Origin: Acidimicrobiia bacterium
Lineage (GTDB): Bacteria; Actinomycetota; Acidimicrobiia; Spongiisociales; ZC4RG35
Length of the DNA: 60,583 nucleotides
Assembly: GCA_035281425.1 (NCBI GenBank)
Contig: DATEDX010000124.1
Coordinates: forward strand, 1 to 60,583
Reading direction: 5' to 3'
Shown here: piece after piece, positions 18,315-27,607 of the stretch
Position numbering within the stretch: position 1 is the stretch's first letter
Layout of the letters: every line of letters begins with the position of its first letter
Program-made: the position numbers and the translations under genes
Notes under the pieces: generated by a model
The model's database searches: none
Told to the model about the DNA's origin: nothing
Seen by the model: the letters and a program-made list of their open reading frames with translations, nothing else

Positions 18315-19154
18315 ATGATCACCTGGAGGAAAACGGTGACGGTGGAGGCCAAGCCAGAAGATCAAGCCACTGAGTTCACGGATCTGACCATGCCGGTCCT
18401 GTACCTGAGCCACGGTGCTCCACCCCTGGCCGATGATCCGCTGTGGACCTCTCAGCTGGCGGACTGGTCGGCGGCTATGCCCCGGCCGTCGTCGATCTTG
18501 GTGGTTTCCGCCCACTGGGAGGAAGATCCACTTACCGTCTCTGCCACCACCACGGTGCCGCTCTATTACGACTTCTGGGGCTTTCCCGAGCACTACTACC
18601 AGGTGCAATATCCCGCTCCCGGCGCCCCGGCCCTGGCCAACCTCGTCGGAAGACTCCTCCACGACCCCGATCAAACCGTCCGCCAGGACCCGACCCGGGG
18701 ACTCGACCACGGCGCCTACGTGCCGCTGGTGGAGATGTACCCGGCCGCCGACGTCCCCGTGCTGCAGATCTCGATGCCCACCCTCGATCCCCGCCGGCTG
18801 TTCGACATCGGGACCAAGCTGGCACCCTTGCGCCGCCAGGGGGTGCTGATCATCGGCAGCGGCTTTTCCACTCACAATCTGCGGGCCATGAACTGGCATC
18901 TGCCCCACGACGCCCACCCCCCTACCTGGTCGAGCGAGTTCGATGACTGGCTCAACCGGACGGTGGCGGCTGGCGACATCGACTCTCTCATCGACTTCCA
19001 AACCAAAGCCCCGGCGGCGGCGATGGCTCACCCCCGCACCGAACACTTCGCGCCGTTGTTCATCGCCCTGGGTGCCAGCACCGATGGACTTGCCCAGAAT
19101 CGGGTGGAGGGCTTCTGGTTCGGGCTCTCCAAACGGTCCCTCGAGTTCAACTGA
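18315..19154 (+). CDS. class III extradiol dioxygenase (LigB/YgiD, DOPA 4,5-dioxygenase-like)
   Basis: MPVLYLSHGAPPL...ILVVSAHWE...DHGAYVPL...GSGFSTHNL. The true start may be ATG 18390. Confidence 0.8.
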   Translation: MITWRKTVTVEAKPEDQATEFTDLTMPVLYLSHGAPPLADDPLWTSQLADWSAAMPRPSSILVVSAHWEEDPLTVSATTTVPLYYDFWGFPEHYYQVQYPAPGAPALANLVGRLLHDPDQTVRQDPTRGLDHGAYVPLVEMYPAADVPVLQISMPTLDPRRLFDIGTKLAPLRRQGVLIIGSGFSTHNLRAMNWHLPHDAHPPTWSSEFDDWLNRTVAAGDIDSLIDFQTKAPAAAMAHPRTEHFAPLFIALGASTDGLAQNRVEGFWFGLSKRSLEFN

Positions 19155-19162
19155 CAACGTTT

Positions 19163-19265
19163 TGCGCGGATTTTTCCGTCGCAGCGACGGAAAAATCGAC
19201 ACGGAAGGGTGCGGCTGCGGGTTCCGTGCAGGTTTTTGCGTGGCAGCGACGGAAAAATCCGCGCA
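19163..19265. repeat. 103-bp triple-hairpin MITE-like element (copy A)
   Basis: Terminal inverted repeats: tgcgcggatttttccgtcg ... cgacggaaaaatccgcgca. There are three internal stem-loops built on TTTTTCCGT/ACGGAAAAA. It lies in a convergent intergenic spacer and has the same length and ends as 39877-39979. Confidence 0.9.
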
Positions 19266-19295
19266 GAATGATGGGGGCCCTGGCTTTGCTGGGGA

Positions 19296-19874
19296 TCACG
19301 GGGCTGGATAGAGCTCGATCCCGGCTCGACGGCCCGCTTCGGCAAATTGGGCGGCGAGTCCCTCCACGGTTTGATGGGCGTTGAGGCCACTCGGGTTGCC
19401 TGCCACCATCAGCTCGGCGCCGGCCAGGCGGTGTGGTTGCCAGCCCAACTGTGCTCGGGGTTCCGAGAAGCCGACTCGGTAAGCGGTCACCCCCAGGATC
19501 ACCACCACTTGCGGAGCGATGGTCGCCACCTTGGCAGCGAGCTGGCGGCTTCCCGCTGCGAGCTCGTCGGGTTTGAGCTCATCTGCCCGGGCGGTGGCTC
19601 GGTTGACGAGGTTGCTGATGCCGATTCGCTGCTCGATCAGGTGTAGGGCATCCTCCGGGTCCATTCCCGCCGAGGCGTCGATCTGGTAGCGGGTCAACCC
19701 TCCCCGGTGAAGGGCCTGGTAAAAGCGATTGCCCCGTTTAGCAAAGTGGGCCTGGGCCGCCGCCGTCCACAGCCCCGGGTTGATGCCGACGAAGAGCAAG
19801 CGACAGCCAGGCCCAACCAGATCGGGCACGCTCCTCCCGGCTGCAGCCAACAGCTCCTGGCGGGTGAATCCCAC
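19296..19874 (-). CDS. mug: G/U mismatch-specific uracil-DNA glycosylase (Mug/TDG family)
   Basis: LLFVGINPGLWTAAAQAHFAKRGNRFYQAL...NPSGLN. GTG 19874 lies 2 nt after the upstream stop. The track start at 20063 overlaps the upstream gene. Confidence 0.8.
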   Translation of the reverse strand: MGFTRQELLAAAGRSVPDLVGPGCRLLFVGINPGLWTAAAQAHFAKRGNRFYQALHRGGLTRYQIDASAGMDPEDALHLIEQRIGISNLVNRATARADELKPDELAAGSRQLAAKVATIAPQVVVILGVTAYRVGFSEPRAQLGWQPHRLAGAELMVAGNPSGLNAHQTVEGLAAQFAEAGRRAGIELYPAP

Positions 19875-19876
19875 GT

Positions 19877-20326
19877 TCAGGAGGGTGGATAGAGATCCAA
19901 CTGACGGAGCAACCCCAGTTCGTCGCCGAAGTACCAGGCCTCGGCAATCAGATCGCCTTCCACCCTCCACAAACCCACCTCGATGACATCGATCGGCTTG
20001 CCGGTAGCGGGGATGCCGTAGATCGAGCCGGTATGGGTGCCGGTCACCCGCCAGATCCCCCACACCTTGTCGTCCTTGGCGGTCAACTCGAGGACGACAT
20101 TGCGGCGGTCGGCCACCGCCTCGTCATTCATCCCGTGACCGGAGAAGATCTCGCCGATGTGGGTGAACCCTGCCCGGTGACGCTTGAAGTTGGGAGCCAG
20201 AAACTGTCCCCGTTCGGAGTGTTTGGCCTGGCGATAGGCGGTGATGAGGGCGAGGTTGCTCGCCTCTTCGTCGGTGCAGGTGCATGAAACCTCGCCGAAC
20301 AGCGAGACGTGTTGATGATCGATCAT
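19877..20326 (-). CDS. SnoaL-like / ester-cyclase-family protein
   Basis: About 149 aa with the pattern F..H.....G......V...RVTGTHTG...GIPATGK......GL.RVEGDLIAE.W, typical of predicted ester cyclases. Confidence 0.6.
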   Translation of the reverse strand: MIDHQHVSLFGEVSCTCTDEEASNLALITAYRQAKHSERGQFLAPNFKRHRAGFTHIGEIFSGHGMNDEAVADRRNVVLELTAKDDKVWGIWRVTGTHTGSIYGIPATGKPIDVIEVGLWRVEGDLIAEAWYFGDELGLLRQLDLYPPS

Positions 20327-20365
20327 GGGCCGGGAGGATAAGACCGACGGCTGCCGCCAGGACGA

Positions 20366-21856
20366 TCAGGGAGCGACTTGGCCCGAGTCGGGATCCACCA
20401 TCAGAGAAGAGACATCCACCGCCTCGAAGGCCGAACCGGGCACTTCTTTCAGCTCGCGGAGCAGATCGTTGTCCCATCGTGGATCGGGAGCACCGGAGAT
20501 GTACCAAGCGGAGCCGTTATCGGCCAGCATCAAGCCGTATTCCTTCATGGCTCGGAGGATCACCTGAACCGGAGGTGAGAAACCTTCGATGTTGTAGGCG
20601 GCCTTGAGACGGAAACGCTGTCCCATCGGGGGAAGCGACGGGTCGGAGGAGGGAGAAGCGTGATGACGGGCCGGCCAGACATGAGCTGCCTGGGTGGAAG
20701 GGGCGGTGAAGCGGAGGGCGTGACCGATGAAACCCGCCGCCACTTCCTCGAAGCGGACCAGGCCGGGGAAGATAGGAAGGCCGGCGGCGTCAGCCGAAGT
20801 CCAACCGTCGGGTCGGAGGCCGGAAGAGTCGAGGGGGAATCGGGCCCCGGAAGCGGCTAGCCAGGAGGAGTCGGGGGCGGGATAGGCGCTAAACAGTTCG
20901 AACAGCTCACAACGGAACCGGTCCACCACTATGACGTGTCGATCTCCTTCGGAGTCGGGGCCGCCTTCGATGGGGGCGTCGAGAGGAATCGGGAATGGCC
21001 CCGGGTCCGATTCGTCCCCATACGCTGTGTAGGTGATGGTCACTAGCGGGGTATCGGCCGGAACTTCGAGGTAGGGGATGCCGATAGGGCTGTTGGAGCC
21101 GGGAGGCCAGACGCCGGAGCCGAAGTCGGGGTGGAGGGTGGCGGCAGCGCCGATGGCCGCGACGTACTGGTCGGAGCGGGGATGCACCGGCAGGGAGTCG
21201 ACGGGCGTGTTCCAGATGTCGTCGGCGGGCAAGGTGGGGCATCGGGGAGGAGGCAATTGGAGGGTGAGGCCCAGCGCCCGAGCCAAGAAGCTCGCCATCT
21301 GATCGCGGGCGATGGGGTCATCGGGACAGAAGCGGTCGTTATCGGGAGGGTTACATCCTTTGGTCACACCGGCGGTGGCGATGCGTTGGATCGAGTCTTC
21401 GAAGAGGTGACCGTCGTCGTCGACGAACCGATCACCGTCCCCAGGCGGATATTGGAAGGCTCGAGCCAGCATGGCCGCCATTTCTCCCCGGGTCATGGCC
21501 CGGGTGGGGCAGAAGCGATCGTTGGCGGGCGGATTGCAGCCTTTGGTTACTCCGGCGGTGGCCAGACGATTGATGGAGTCTTCGAAGGTGGTTCCGTCAT
21601 CGTCCTCGAAGTGGTCCACAGTGGTGCCGGGGAGATCAAAAGCCCGGACCAGGAAGGCGGCCATCTGTCCGCGGGTGACGCTGTCAGCGGGGCAATAAAG
21701 GCTGTTGACAGGCGGGTTGCAGCCGTGGGTGATGCCCTCGGCGGCAATGGCTTCGATGGCACCTTCGTGGATGTTGCCGTCGTCATCGGTGAAGGTTCCG
21801 CCGGGAGGGAGGGCCAGCAAAATCAGCCCTAACCAGGCGAGCTTTTTCACCGACAC
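20366..21856 (-). CDS. secreted protein: signal peptide, three SLH-like repeats, C-terminal uncharacterised domain
   Basis: Signal peptide: MSVKKLAWLGLILLALPPG. Three repeats of F.DDDG..FE..I..LA.AGVTKGCNPP.N.RFCP....TRG.MA..LARA. Confidence 0.75.
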   Translation of the reverse strand: MSVKKLAWLGLILLALPPGGTFTDDDGNIHEGAIEAIAAEGITHGCNPPVNSLYCPADSVTRGQMAAFLVRAFDLPGTTVDHFEDDDGTTFEDSINRLATAGVTKGCNPPANDRFCPTRAMTRGEMAAMLARAFQYPPGDGDRFVDDDGHLFEDSIQRIATAGVTKGCNPPDNDRFCPDDPIARDQMASFLARALGLTLQLPPPRCPTLPADDIWNTPVDSLPVHPRSDQYVAAIGAAATLHPDFGSGVWPPGSNSPIGIPYLEVPADTPLVTITYTAYGDESDPGPFPIPLDAPIEGGPDSEGDRHVIVVDRFRCELFELFSAYPAPDSSWLAASGARFPLDSSGLRPDGWTSADAAGLPIFPGLVRFEEVAAGFIGHALRFTAPSTQAAHVWPARHHASPSSDPSLPPMGQRFRLKAAYNIEGFSPPVQVILRAMKEYGLMLADNGSAWYISGAPDPRWDNDLLRELKEVPGSAFEAVDVSSLMVDPDSGQVAP

Positions 21857-21900
21857 TTATCGTCCGATGACCTCGGTTCCTCAACCTCGGCGAGGTGAGT

Positions 21901-22395
21901 TCAATGTCCGGGGACGGCCGCCGCCAGCCGGGCCGCCACCGTTTTCAGGATCTTCACCCCCACCTGGGGATGGGCATCGATCAACTCACTGAACTCGTGC
22001 TGATTCATCACCAGCGCCGAAACGAACGTGTCGGCCCGCACACTGGCATTGCGAGGCAGGTTGGTGACCAGGCTCATCTCGCCCACCACATCGCCGGCGG
22101 TGATTTCCGCCACCTTGCGTCCGTTGCGGCGGACGGTGGCTCGACCGGCCAGGATCACCAGAGCTTCCCGTCCCACTTCGCCTTCATAGGCGAGGAACTC
22201 CCGGGGAGCGATCTCGGTCTCGGTCACCAGGCGGGCGATCTGTCCCAACTCCTTCTTGGAGAGCCCGGAGAACAGGGGCACTCCCGCCAGGACTTTGATC
22301 TTGTCGGCACGTGTTGCTCTGGCGATGGCGGACCTTTCGGTCGGTGAACTGTAACTACCCCGGGTAGAGGCGGGAGGGTGGATGGCCCCCGGCAT
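21901..22395 (-). CDS. stand-alone cyclic-nucleotide-binding domain protein
   Basis: From ATG 22395: VPLFSGLSKKELGQIARL...REGEVG...GEMSLV...PRNASVRA (cNMP-binding fold). The upstream part of the 332-aa track ORF is antisense to the YCII gene and was rejected. Confidence 0.8.
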   Translation of the reverse strand: MPGAIHPPASTRGSYSSPTERSAIARATRADKIKVLAGVPLFSGLSKKELGQIARLVTETEIAPREFLAYEGEVGREALVILAGRATVRRNGRKVAEITAGDVVGEMSLVTNLPRNASVRADTFVSALVMNQHEFSELIDAHPQVGVKILKTVAARLAAAVPGH

Positions 22396-22491
22396 AATTC
22401 GCAAAAATCCCCGTCGATTTCGCCTGGCGTGGTTCGTTCTTGTATTAGTGACCCGACATGAAGGACGTCGGGCAGAGATCAAGGAGGCGAG

Positions 22492-22881
22492 ATGCGCTAT
22501 CTGTTGCTCATATACGGAGCCCCCGGGGACCCGGCGACCACGCCCGAAGAGCAGGCGGCGTCGATGGAGGAGTGGGGCGCCTACACCGCCGACCTCCTCC
22601 GTCGGGGAGTGATGGAAGGAGGCGAAGCGCTGGAGGAGGTTGAAACCGCCACCACCGTGCGGGTGCGGGATGGTGACGTCCTCACCACCGATGGCCCCTT
22701 CGCCGAAACCGCCGAAGTCTTGGGCGGCTACTACGTACTCAAGGTCAAAGACCTCGATGAGGCCATCAGCCTGGCGGCGGCCTGCCCCGGCGCTCGCCGT
22801 GGCTCGATCGAGTTGCGACCCATCGTCGAGTTCGGTGAGGAGTATCAGCAGTCCGTCACGGAGCGTGCCGGCATCGCCTGA
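22492..22881 (+). CDS. YCII-related (DGPF) domain protein
   Basis: MRYLLLIYG...[35 protein letters not shown] lies upstream of the ATG. Confidence 0.8.
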   Translation: MRYLLLIYGAPGDPATTPEEQAASMEEWGAYTADLLRRGVMEGGEALEEVETATTVRVRDGDVLTTDGPFAETAEVLGGYYVLKVKDLDEAISLAAACPGARRGSIELRPIVEFGEEYQQSVTERAGIA

Positions 22882-24172
22882 ATCCCTGCCGGTACTCACC
22901 GGTGCTTCATTTGCCGCCGAGGCGGCCCGGCTCTACCGCCAGGTGTGGGGCCGGGCGCTGGCGGCGCTGGTCAGGCAGTTCCACGACCTCGACACAGCCG
23001 AAGATGCCCTCCAAGAGGCGTGGCTGGTGGCGCTGGCTCGCTGGCCCGAAGAGGGGATCCCCGCTAGCCCCACCGGTTGGTTGCTCACCGTCGCCCGGAA
23101 CAAAGTCGTCGACCGGTGGCGGCGGGAGCAGACCCTCGCCGCCAAGCAACATCTCCTTGCTGAGCCCCAGATGAGCGACGATCCCTACGCCGACGTTACC
23201 GGCTCCCAGCTGATCGATGACCGGCTGCGGTTGATGTTTGCCTGCTGCCATCCGGCTTTGGCGCTGGAGTCGCAGGTGGCCCTGTCTTTACGGACCTTGG
23301 CGGGTTTGACGACTTCCGAAATCGCCGCTGCCTTCCTGCTTCCCGAGGCGACCTTGGCCCAGCGGCTGGTGCGGGCCAAACGCAAGATCAAGGTGGCGGG
23401 GATTCCCTTCGAAGTTCCCCCCGATCATCTTCTTCCCGATCGGCTGCAAGCGGTGCTGGCCATGATTTACCTCATCTTCAACGAGGGCTACGCAGCGTCG
23501 GCCGGCGACGAGCTGATCAGGTCCGAACTGTGCGAGGAGGCGATCCGCCTCGGCCGGCTGATGGCGGAACTTATGCCTGACGAGTCGGAAGTGCGGGGTT
23601 TGCTGGCGTTGATGCTGATCCACAACGCTCGTCGTCCTGCCCGGCTGGACGAGTCGGGCGATCTGGTACTTCTCGAACAGCAAGACCGACTGCTGTGGAA
23701 CCGAGCGCCGATCGAGGAGGCCTTGAGCTTGATTGGTCCCGACCCCACCGGCCCCTACATGCTGCAAGCGGCCATCGCGTCTCTCCATGTGCAAGCCAGG
23801 ACCTTCGCCGCCACCGATTGGGGGAAGATTGTTGCCTTGTTTGACCGTCTGCTGGCAGTATCGCCGACCCCGGTGGTGGCCCTGAACCGGGCAGCGGCGG
23901 TCGCCATGCGCGACGGCCCTTCGGCGGGCCTGGCCCTCCTCGATGACCTGGAGGGCGATCCCCGGCTGCGTGCTCACCACCTGTTTCATGCCGCTCGGGC
24001 AGATCTGCTTCGCCGGGCCGGATATCGGGACGAGGCGATCAGGGCTTATGAGGATGCGTTATCGATTCCTCAGAACGAGACCGAGCGCCGTTACCTTCGG
24101 CGCCGGTTGGGTGAGTTGAGGGAGGACGTCAGTCGGAGGCAGCCAGGACCGAACAGTTCCCATGGCGAATGA
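22865..24172 (+). CDS. ECF sigma factor with long C-terminal TPR-like extension (ECF42-type)
   Basis: Region 2: [19 protein letters not shown]...[18 protein letters not shown]. Region 4: [38 protein letters not shown] helical extension of about 200 aa follows. The start is uncertain; GTG 22865 overlaps the YCII 3' end by 17 nt. Confidence 0.75.
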   Translation: MPASPESLPVLTGASFAAEAARLYRQVWGRALAALVRQFHDLDTAEDALQEAWLVALARWPEEGIPASPTGWLLTVARNKVVDRWRREQTLAAKQHLLAEPQMSDDPYADVTGSQLIDDRLRLMFACCHPALALESQVALSLRTLAGLTTSEIAAAFLLPEATLAQRLVRAKRKIKVAGIPFEVPPDHLLPDRLQAVLAMIYLIFNEGYAASAGDELIRSELCEEAIRLGRLMAELMPDESEVRGLLALMLIHNARRPARLDESGDLVLLEQQDRLLWNRAPIEEALSLIGPDPTGPYMLQAAIASLHVQARTFAATDWGKIVALFDRLLAVSPTPVVALNRAAAVAMRDGPSAGLALLDDLEGDPRLRAHHLFHAARADLLRRAGYRDEAIRAYEDALSIPQNETERRYLRRRLGELREDVSRRQPGPNSSHGE

Positions 24173-24920
24173 TGGCGGCGGCGGTGGAGCCGAGCCGGAG
24201 GCGATCGAGGCCGGATAACCCTCGGGTGCCGATCACCGCCAGCTCGGGAGAGATGTGGCTCAGGTGGGCAAGGATGACACTGGTGGGGCGTCCGGTGCTG
24301 CGCTGCAATTCGGGCTCGATTCCCGCCGCTCGCAGGACCTCCACGGTCTCATCCACGCTCTGCTGGTCGATGCGACCATCGTCTACCACCACCATCGTTA
24401 CCTTGGTGGCGGCCGACCAGGGCATCCGAGTTAGGGCTTCGACGGCCCGATGAGCATGGGTCGACCCGTCGACGGCCACTACCACCGTTTTCACCGGATG
24501 TGATGATCTCGGAACCAGCAGCGGGGAGGGCGGATCGGCCAGGAGCCATTCAGTGGTACTCCCCACCAGCAAGGCTTGCAGGGGATTGAGGCCCTTGCTC
24601 CCAACCACCAGCAGCTCGGCATCGGTGAACCGGCTGAGAAGGATTCGAGGGTCGGCGACCGCGGTGAGGAAGCGAACCGAGGCCAATCCTGCCTCGGGGT
24701 TGGCTTCCCGCTGATAGGGAGAGTCCCACTCCACCAACTCGGGTTCACCTTCGGCCGCCGGGGGGGCCAGGGGTGGTTCGGTGGCAGTGACCACCTCGAG
24801 TTTCCAGCCCGACCAAGGGTGGTTGTTGATCCACGTCCAGGCAAGATCGGCAGGCGGCGATCCGTCGTCACCGAAGACGATCTTTCCCGGCCTCGAGGTT
24901 TGGTCCGTGTCGCTCTCCAT
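24129..24920 (-). CDS. tandem-domain universal stress protein
   Basis: Two Usp halves; the C-terminal half reads [15 protein letters not shown]...[31 protein letters not shown]. Confidence 0.8.
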   Translation of the reverse strand: MESDTDQTSRPGKIVFGDDGSPPADLAWTWINNHPWSGWKLEVVTATEPPLAPPAAEGEPELVEWDSPYQREANPEAGLASVRFLTAVADPRILLSRFTDAELLVVGSKGLNPLQALLVGSTTEWLLADPPSPLLVPRSSHPVKTVVVAVDGSTHAHRAVEALTRMPWSAATKVTMVVVDDGRIDQQSVDETVEVLRAAGIEPELQRSTGRPTSVILAHLSHISPELAVIGTRGLSGLDRLRLGSTAAAIIRHGNCSVLAASD

Positions 24921-24958
24921 GAGGCGAGCGTATCAACCTCGGGTGATGGTGACGCCGC

Positions 24959-25393
24959 TTAGACCTCGAAGTCGCCCACCGGCTGACCGTTGAGCGTCAC
25001 CTGGCGGCTTCCCGATTCGAAGTCGCCCAGGGGAATAGAAAATTCGAACGGTTCCAGCACCTGGGCGCAAACGGCATCCGCCTCGGCCACCGAGGCCAGC
25101 CGGGCGGCGATCGTGGTGCCATCATCTTCTACTTCGTAAGCCAGGCGGTGACAGGGGGTGGGGAGGTTGCCGGTAACTCTCAACACCACCTGGACGGGGA
25201 AGCTCTCCATGAGGATGATGTCGGTGCTGTCCACGAAGACGGGGCCGGCGTCGTCGGGGATGCTGTCCTCCACCGGGACGGTGGGGGTGGTGGTGGGGGT
25301 GGTGTCGTCGACGGGCTCGTCGGGCCCTCCGCCTCCGGCGCCGCAGGCGGCCAGGGTCAGGGCCAAAGCCAACAGGACGGTGATCTTCTTCAT
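24959..25393 (-). CDS. small secreted lipoprotein
   Basis: From ATG 25393: MKKITVLLALALTLAACGAGGGG (lipobox) followed by a Thr/Pro linker. Confidence 0.6.
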   Translation of the reverse strand: MKKITVLLALALTLAACGAGGGGPDEPVDDTTPTTTPTVPVEDSIPDDAGPVFVDSTDIILMESFPVQVVLRVTGNLPTPCHRLAYEVEDDGTTIAARLASVAEADAVCAQVLEPFEFSIPLGDFESGSRQVTLNGQPVGDFEV

Positions 25394-25493
25394 GACAATG
25401 AGACGGGCCGGGGAAGGTGGGCGGTTCCGCTCATCTTCATTCTCGGGGCTGGGAGTGATCAAAACGATCACCTGGAACCTGGGTTCGCTGGTG

Positions 25494-26615
25494 TTAGGGG
25501 AGGAGGTCCTCTATCCGGGAGACGGCCAGGTCGGGATCGCGCAGGAGTGAGGCTTGATCGGCCAGGACCAGCAACTGGCACAGGTGGGGGAGGGAGCGGG
25601 CGGTCTCAACCCCTCCCAGCATGCGGAAGTGGTCTTGGTGGCCGTTGAGGTAGGCGAGAAATGTGATGCCGGTTTTGTAGTGATAGGTCGGGGCGGTGAA
25701 GAGATGTCGGGAGAAGGGAACCGTCGGTTCCAGCCAGCGGCGATAAGCCTCGCGGTCGCCGCGGTCGAGGGCGGCGAGGGCCTGCGCCGCCACCGGGGCG
25801 ATCGGGTCGAATACGCCCAACAGGGCATGGGAGTGACCGGTTTCGTCTCCGAGGACCAACGGCATGAAGTTGAAGTCGTCCCCGGTGAAGACTTCGACCC
25901 CGGAAGGCAGATTTCGACGCAGATGGATCTCCAAGGCGTCGTCGAGCAGTGAGATTTTGATCCCTTTGATCCGATCAGGGAAAGCCTGTGCCAGCTCGAT
26001 CACCGTCTTCGCCGCCTGCCAGGGATCGTTGCTACCCCAATATCCGGAGAGGGCCGGATCGAACACCTCCCCTAGCCAGTGAATCATCACCGGCCGTTGG
26101 GCAGCACCGATGACGGCTCGGTAGACGCCGAGGTAGTCCTCCGGTCCGGAGGCGGCGTCGACCAGCGCTCGGGAGGCCATGACAATGGCTTCCCCTCCCG
26201 CCTCCTCCACCACCGCTAGTTGCTCCCGGTAGGCCACCTCAATCTGTTCCAGGTGGGCGGGACCGGTCAGCTGGTCGGTGGCTACCCCGAAGACGGCGGC
26301 TGTCCCCCGGGCGCCAGCTTCGGCGGCGGTGCGGATGATGAGCTCACGGGCCAGATCCCAACCCAGGCCCATCCCCCGCTGGGCGGTGTCCATGGCCTCG
26401 GCCACCCCCAACCCCTGATCCCAGAGGTAGTGGCGGAAGGCGAGGGTCGCTTCCCAATCGAGCTGCCCGGGGCGGGTGGGATCGGCCACCACATGGGCGG
26501 CGGCGTAGGCCACCCGGGAGGTGATGGGCTGAGCCGGTGGGGGCGGGGCAGTGCGGCCGGTCGGCTGCCAGGGAAAGCGGCCCCCCGACTCGTCGATGAG
26601 GTGCACGTTTCTCAT
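25494..26615 (-). CDS. DUF993-family (DHDPS/TIM-barrel-like) protein
   Basis: From ATG 26615: MRNVHLIDESGG...RVAYAAAHVVADP...DWEATLAFRHYLW...AEAMDTAQRGMGL. It is ATGA-coupled to the upstream gene. The family assignment is from memory. Confidence 0.6.
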   Translation of the reverse strand: MRNVHLIDESGGRFPWQPTGRTAPPPPAQPITSRVAYAAAHVVADPTRPGQLDWEATLAFRHYLWDQGLGVAEAMDTAQRGMGLGWDLARELIIRTAAEAGARGTAAVFGVATDQLTGPAHLEQIEVAYREQLAVVEEAGGEAIVMASRALVDAASGPEDYLGVYRAVIGAAQRPVMIHWLGEVFDPALSGYWGSNDPWQAAKTVIELAQAFPDRIKGIKISLLDDALEIHLRRNLPSGVEVFTGDDFNFMPLVLGDETGHSHALLGVFDPIAPVAAQALAALDRGDREAYRRWLEPTVPFSRHLFTAPTYHYKTGITFLAYLNGHQDHFRMLGGVETARSLPHLCQLLVLADQASLLRDPDLAVSRIEDLLP

Positions 26616-27481
26616 TCCCCCGACATCTCCGCCTCTCGGGAATCGGACAGCAGGGGAGCCACCGCCGCCTCCATGACCGGAGCCGCGGTCGCAATTCCGG
26701 TCCAAAGGGCGAATGCCAGTGCTGCTTGTTGGATCAGCATCCCCCCTCCCCCCACGGCGGCGAGCCCGCGACCGCGGGCCTCAGCCAGGAGTTGGGTCTC
26801 AGTCGGAACGTAAACCAGATCGAAGACTGCGGCCCCATCCGGGAGAAGACCCACGTCGAAGGGCGGGCCGATGCTGGTCATCCCCACCGTGGTGGCATTG
26901 ACCGCAAGATCGGCTCGGCCCAAAGCCGCCTCGAACTCGGTTGAGCCCAAGGCGGCGCCGGCCAGGCGAGGGGTGGCGAACTCCTCCACCAGGGCGGATG
27001 GAAGCTGGCGGGTTCCCACGGTCACCTGCTCGGCGCCAGCATGGAGGCAGCCGTAGACCACCGCCCGGGCGGCGCCACCGCCTCCGGCGATGACCACCTT
27101 CAAACCCGCCGGGTCGAGGCCGAGGTGGGATCGGAGCGAGGCAAGGAATCCACCTACATCGGTGTTGTAACCCGTAACCCGGCCCCCCTCGACCTGGGCT
27201 GTGTTGATGGCGCCGATGGTTTTGGCCTCGCCGGCCACGGCATCACAACGCGCCAGCGCCTCCTGTTTGTAGGGAGAGGTGACCTGGAAACCGAGCCAGC
27301 GGGGTCTTCTTGCTTCGGTGAAGAACGGGTCGAGGTCTTCGCTGGGAAGGGGCCGCAATTGATAGTGAGCGTCGATTCCGAAGTGGCGGAAGGCGGCATT
27401 GTGCATCACCGCCGAGTGGGTGCGGCGAAGGGGGTACCCGATCAGCGCTACCAACTGGGTCTCTTTCGTGACTTCCTTCAA
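26612..27481 (-). CDS. shikimate/quinate 5-dehydrogenase-like oxidoreductase
   Basis: LIGYPLRRTHSAVMHNAAFRHFGIDAHY...FQVTSPYKQ...NTD..GF...VIAGGGGAARAV. TTG 27481 is preceded by AGGAG with 4 nt spacing. Confidence 0.75.
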   Translation of the reverse strand: MKEVTKETQLVALIGYPLRRTHSAVMHNAAFRHFGIDAHYQLRPLPSEDLDPFFTEARRPRWLGFQVTSPYKQEALARCDAVAGEAKTIGAINTAQVEGGRVTGYNTDVGGFLASLRSHLGLDPAGLKVVIAGGGGAARAVVYGCLHAGAEQVTVGTRQLPSALVEEFATPRLAGAALGSTEFEAALGRADLAVNATTVGMTSIGPPFDVGLLPDGAAVFDLVYVPTETQLLAEARGRGLAAVGGGGMLIQQAALAFALWTGIATAAPVMEAAVAPLLSDSREAEMSGE

Positions 27482-27607
27482 TGTTCTCCTGATCGGGCTA
27501 GATGACGCTGCCGGAGGTGAGGCCACGGGGTCTTATGTCTCCGGCCAGGGACACCTCTTCGGATGCTAACCCCTACGAATGTAGGGCGAACGCGGCGGTC
27601 AACGCCG

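Noticed and set aside
17937-19202. 421-aa minus-strand ORF opposite the LLM oxidoreductase and LigB-type dioxygenase
   Set aside because: It spans two well-supported plus-strand genes. Its composition is Arg/Gly/Pro-dominated. It is an antisense artefact.
22396-22899. Upstream two-thirds of the 332-aa ORF 21901-22899
   Set aside because: Only the C-terminal 164 aa form the cNMP-binding domain. The upstream part is antisense to the YCII gene, which has its own strong RBS.
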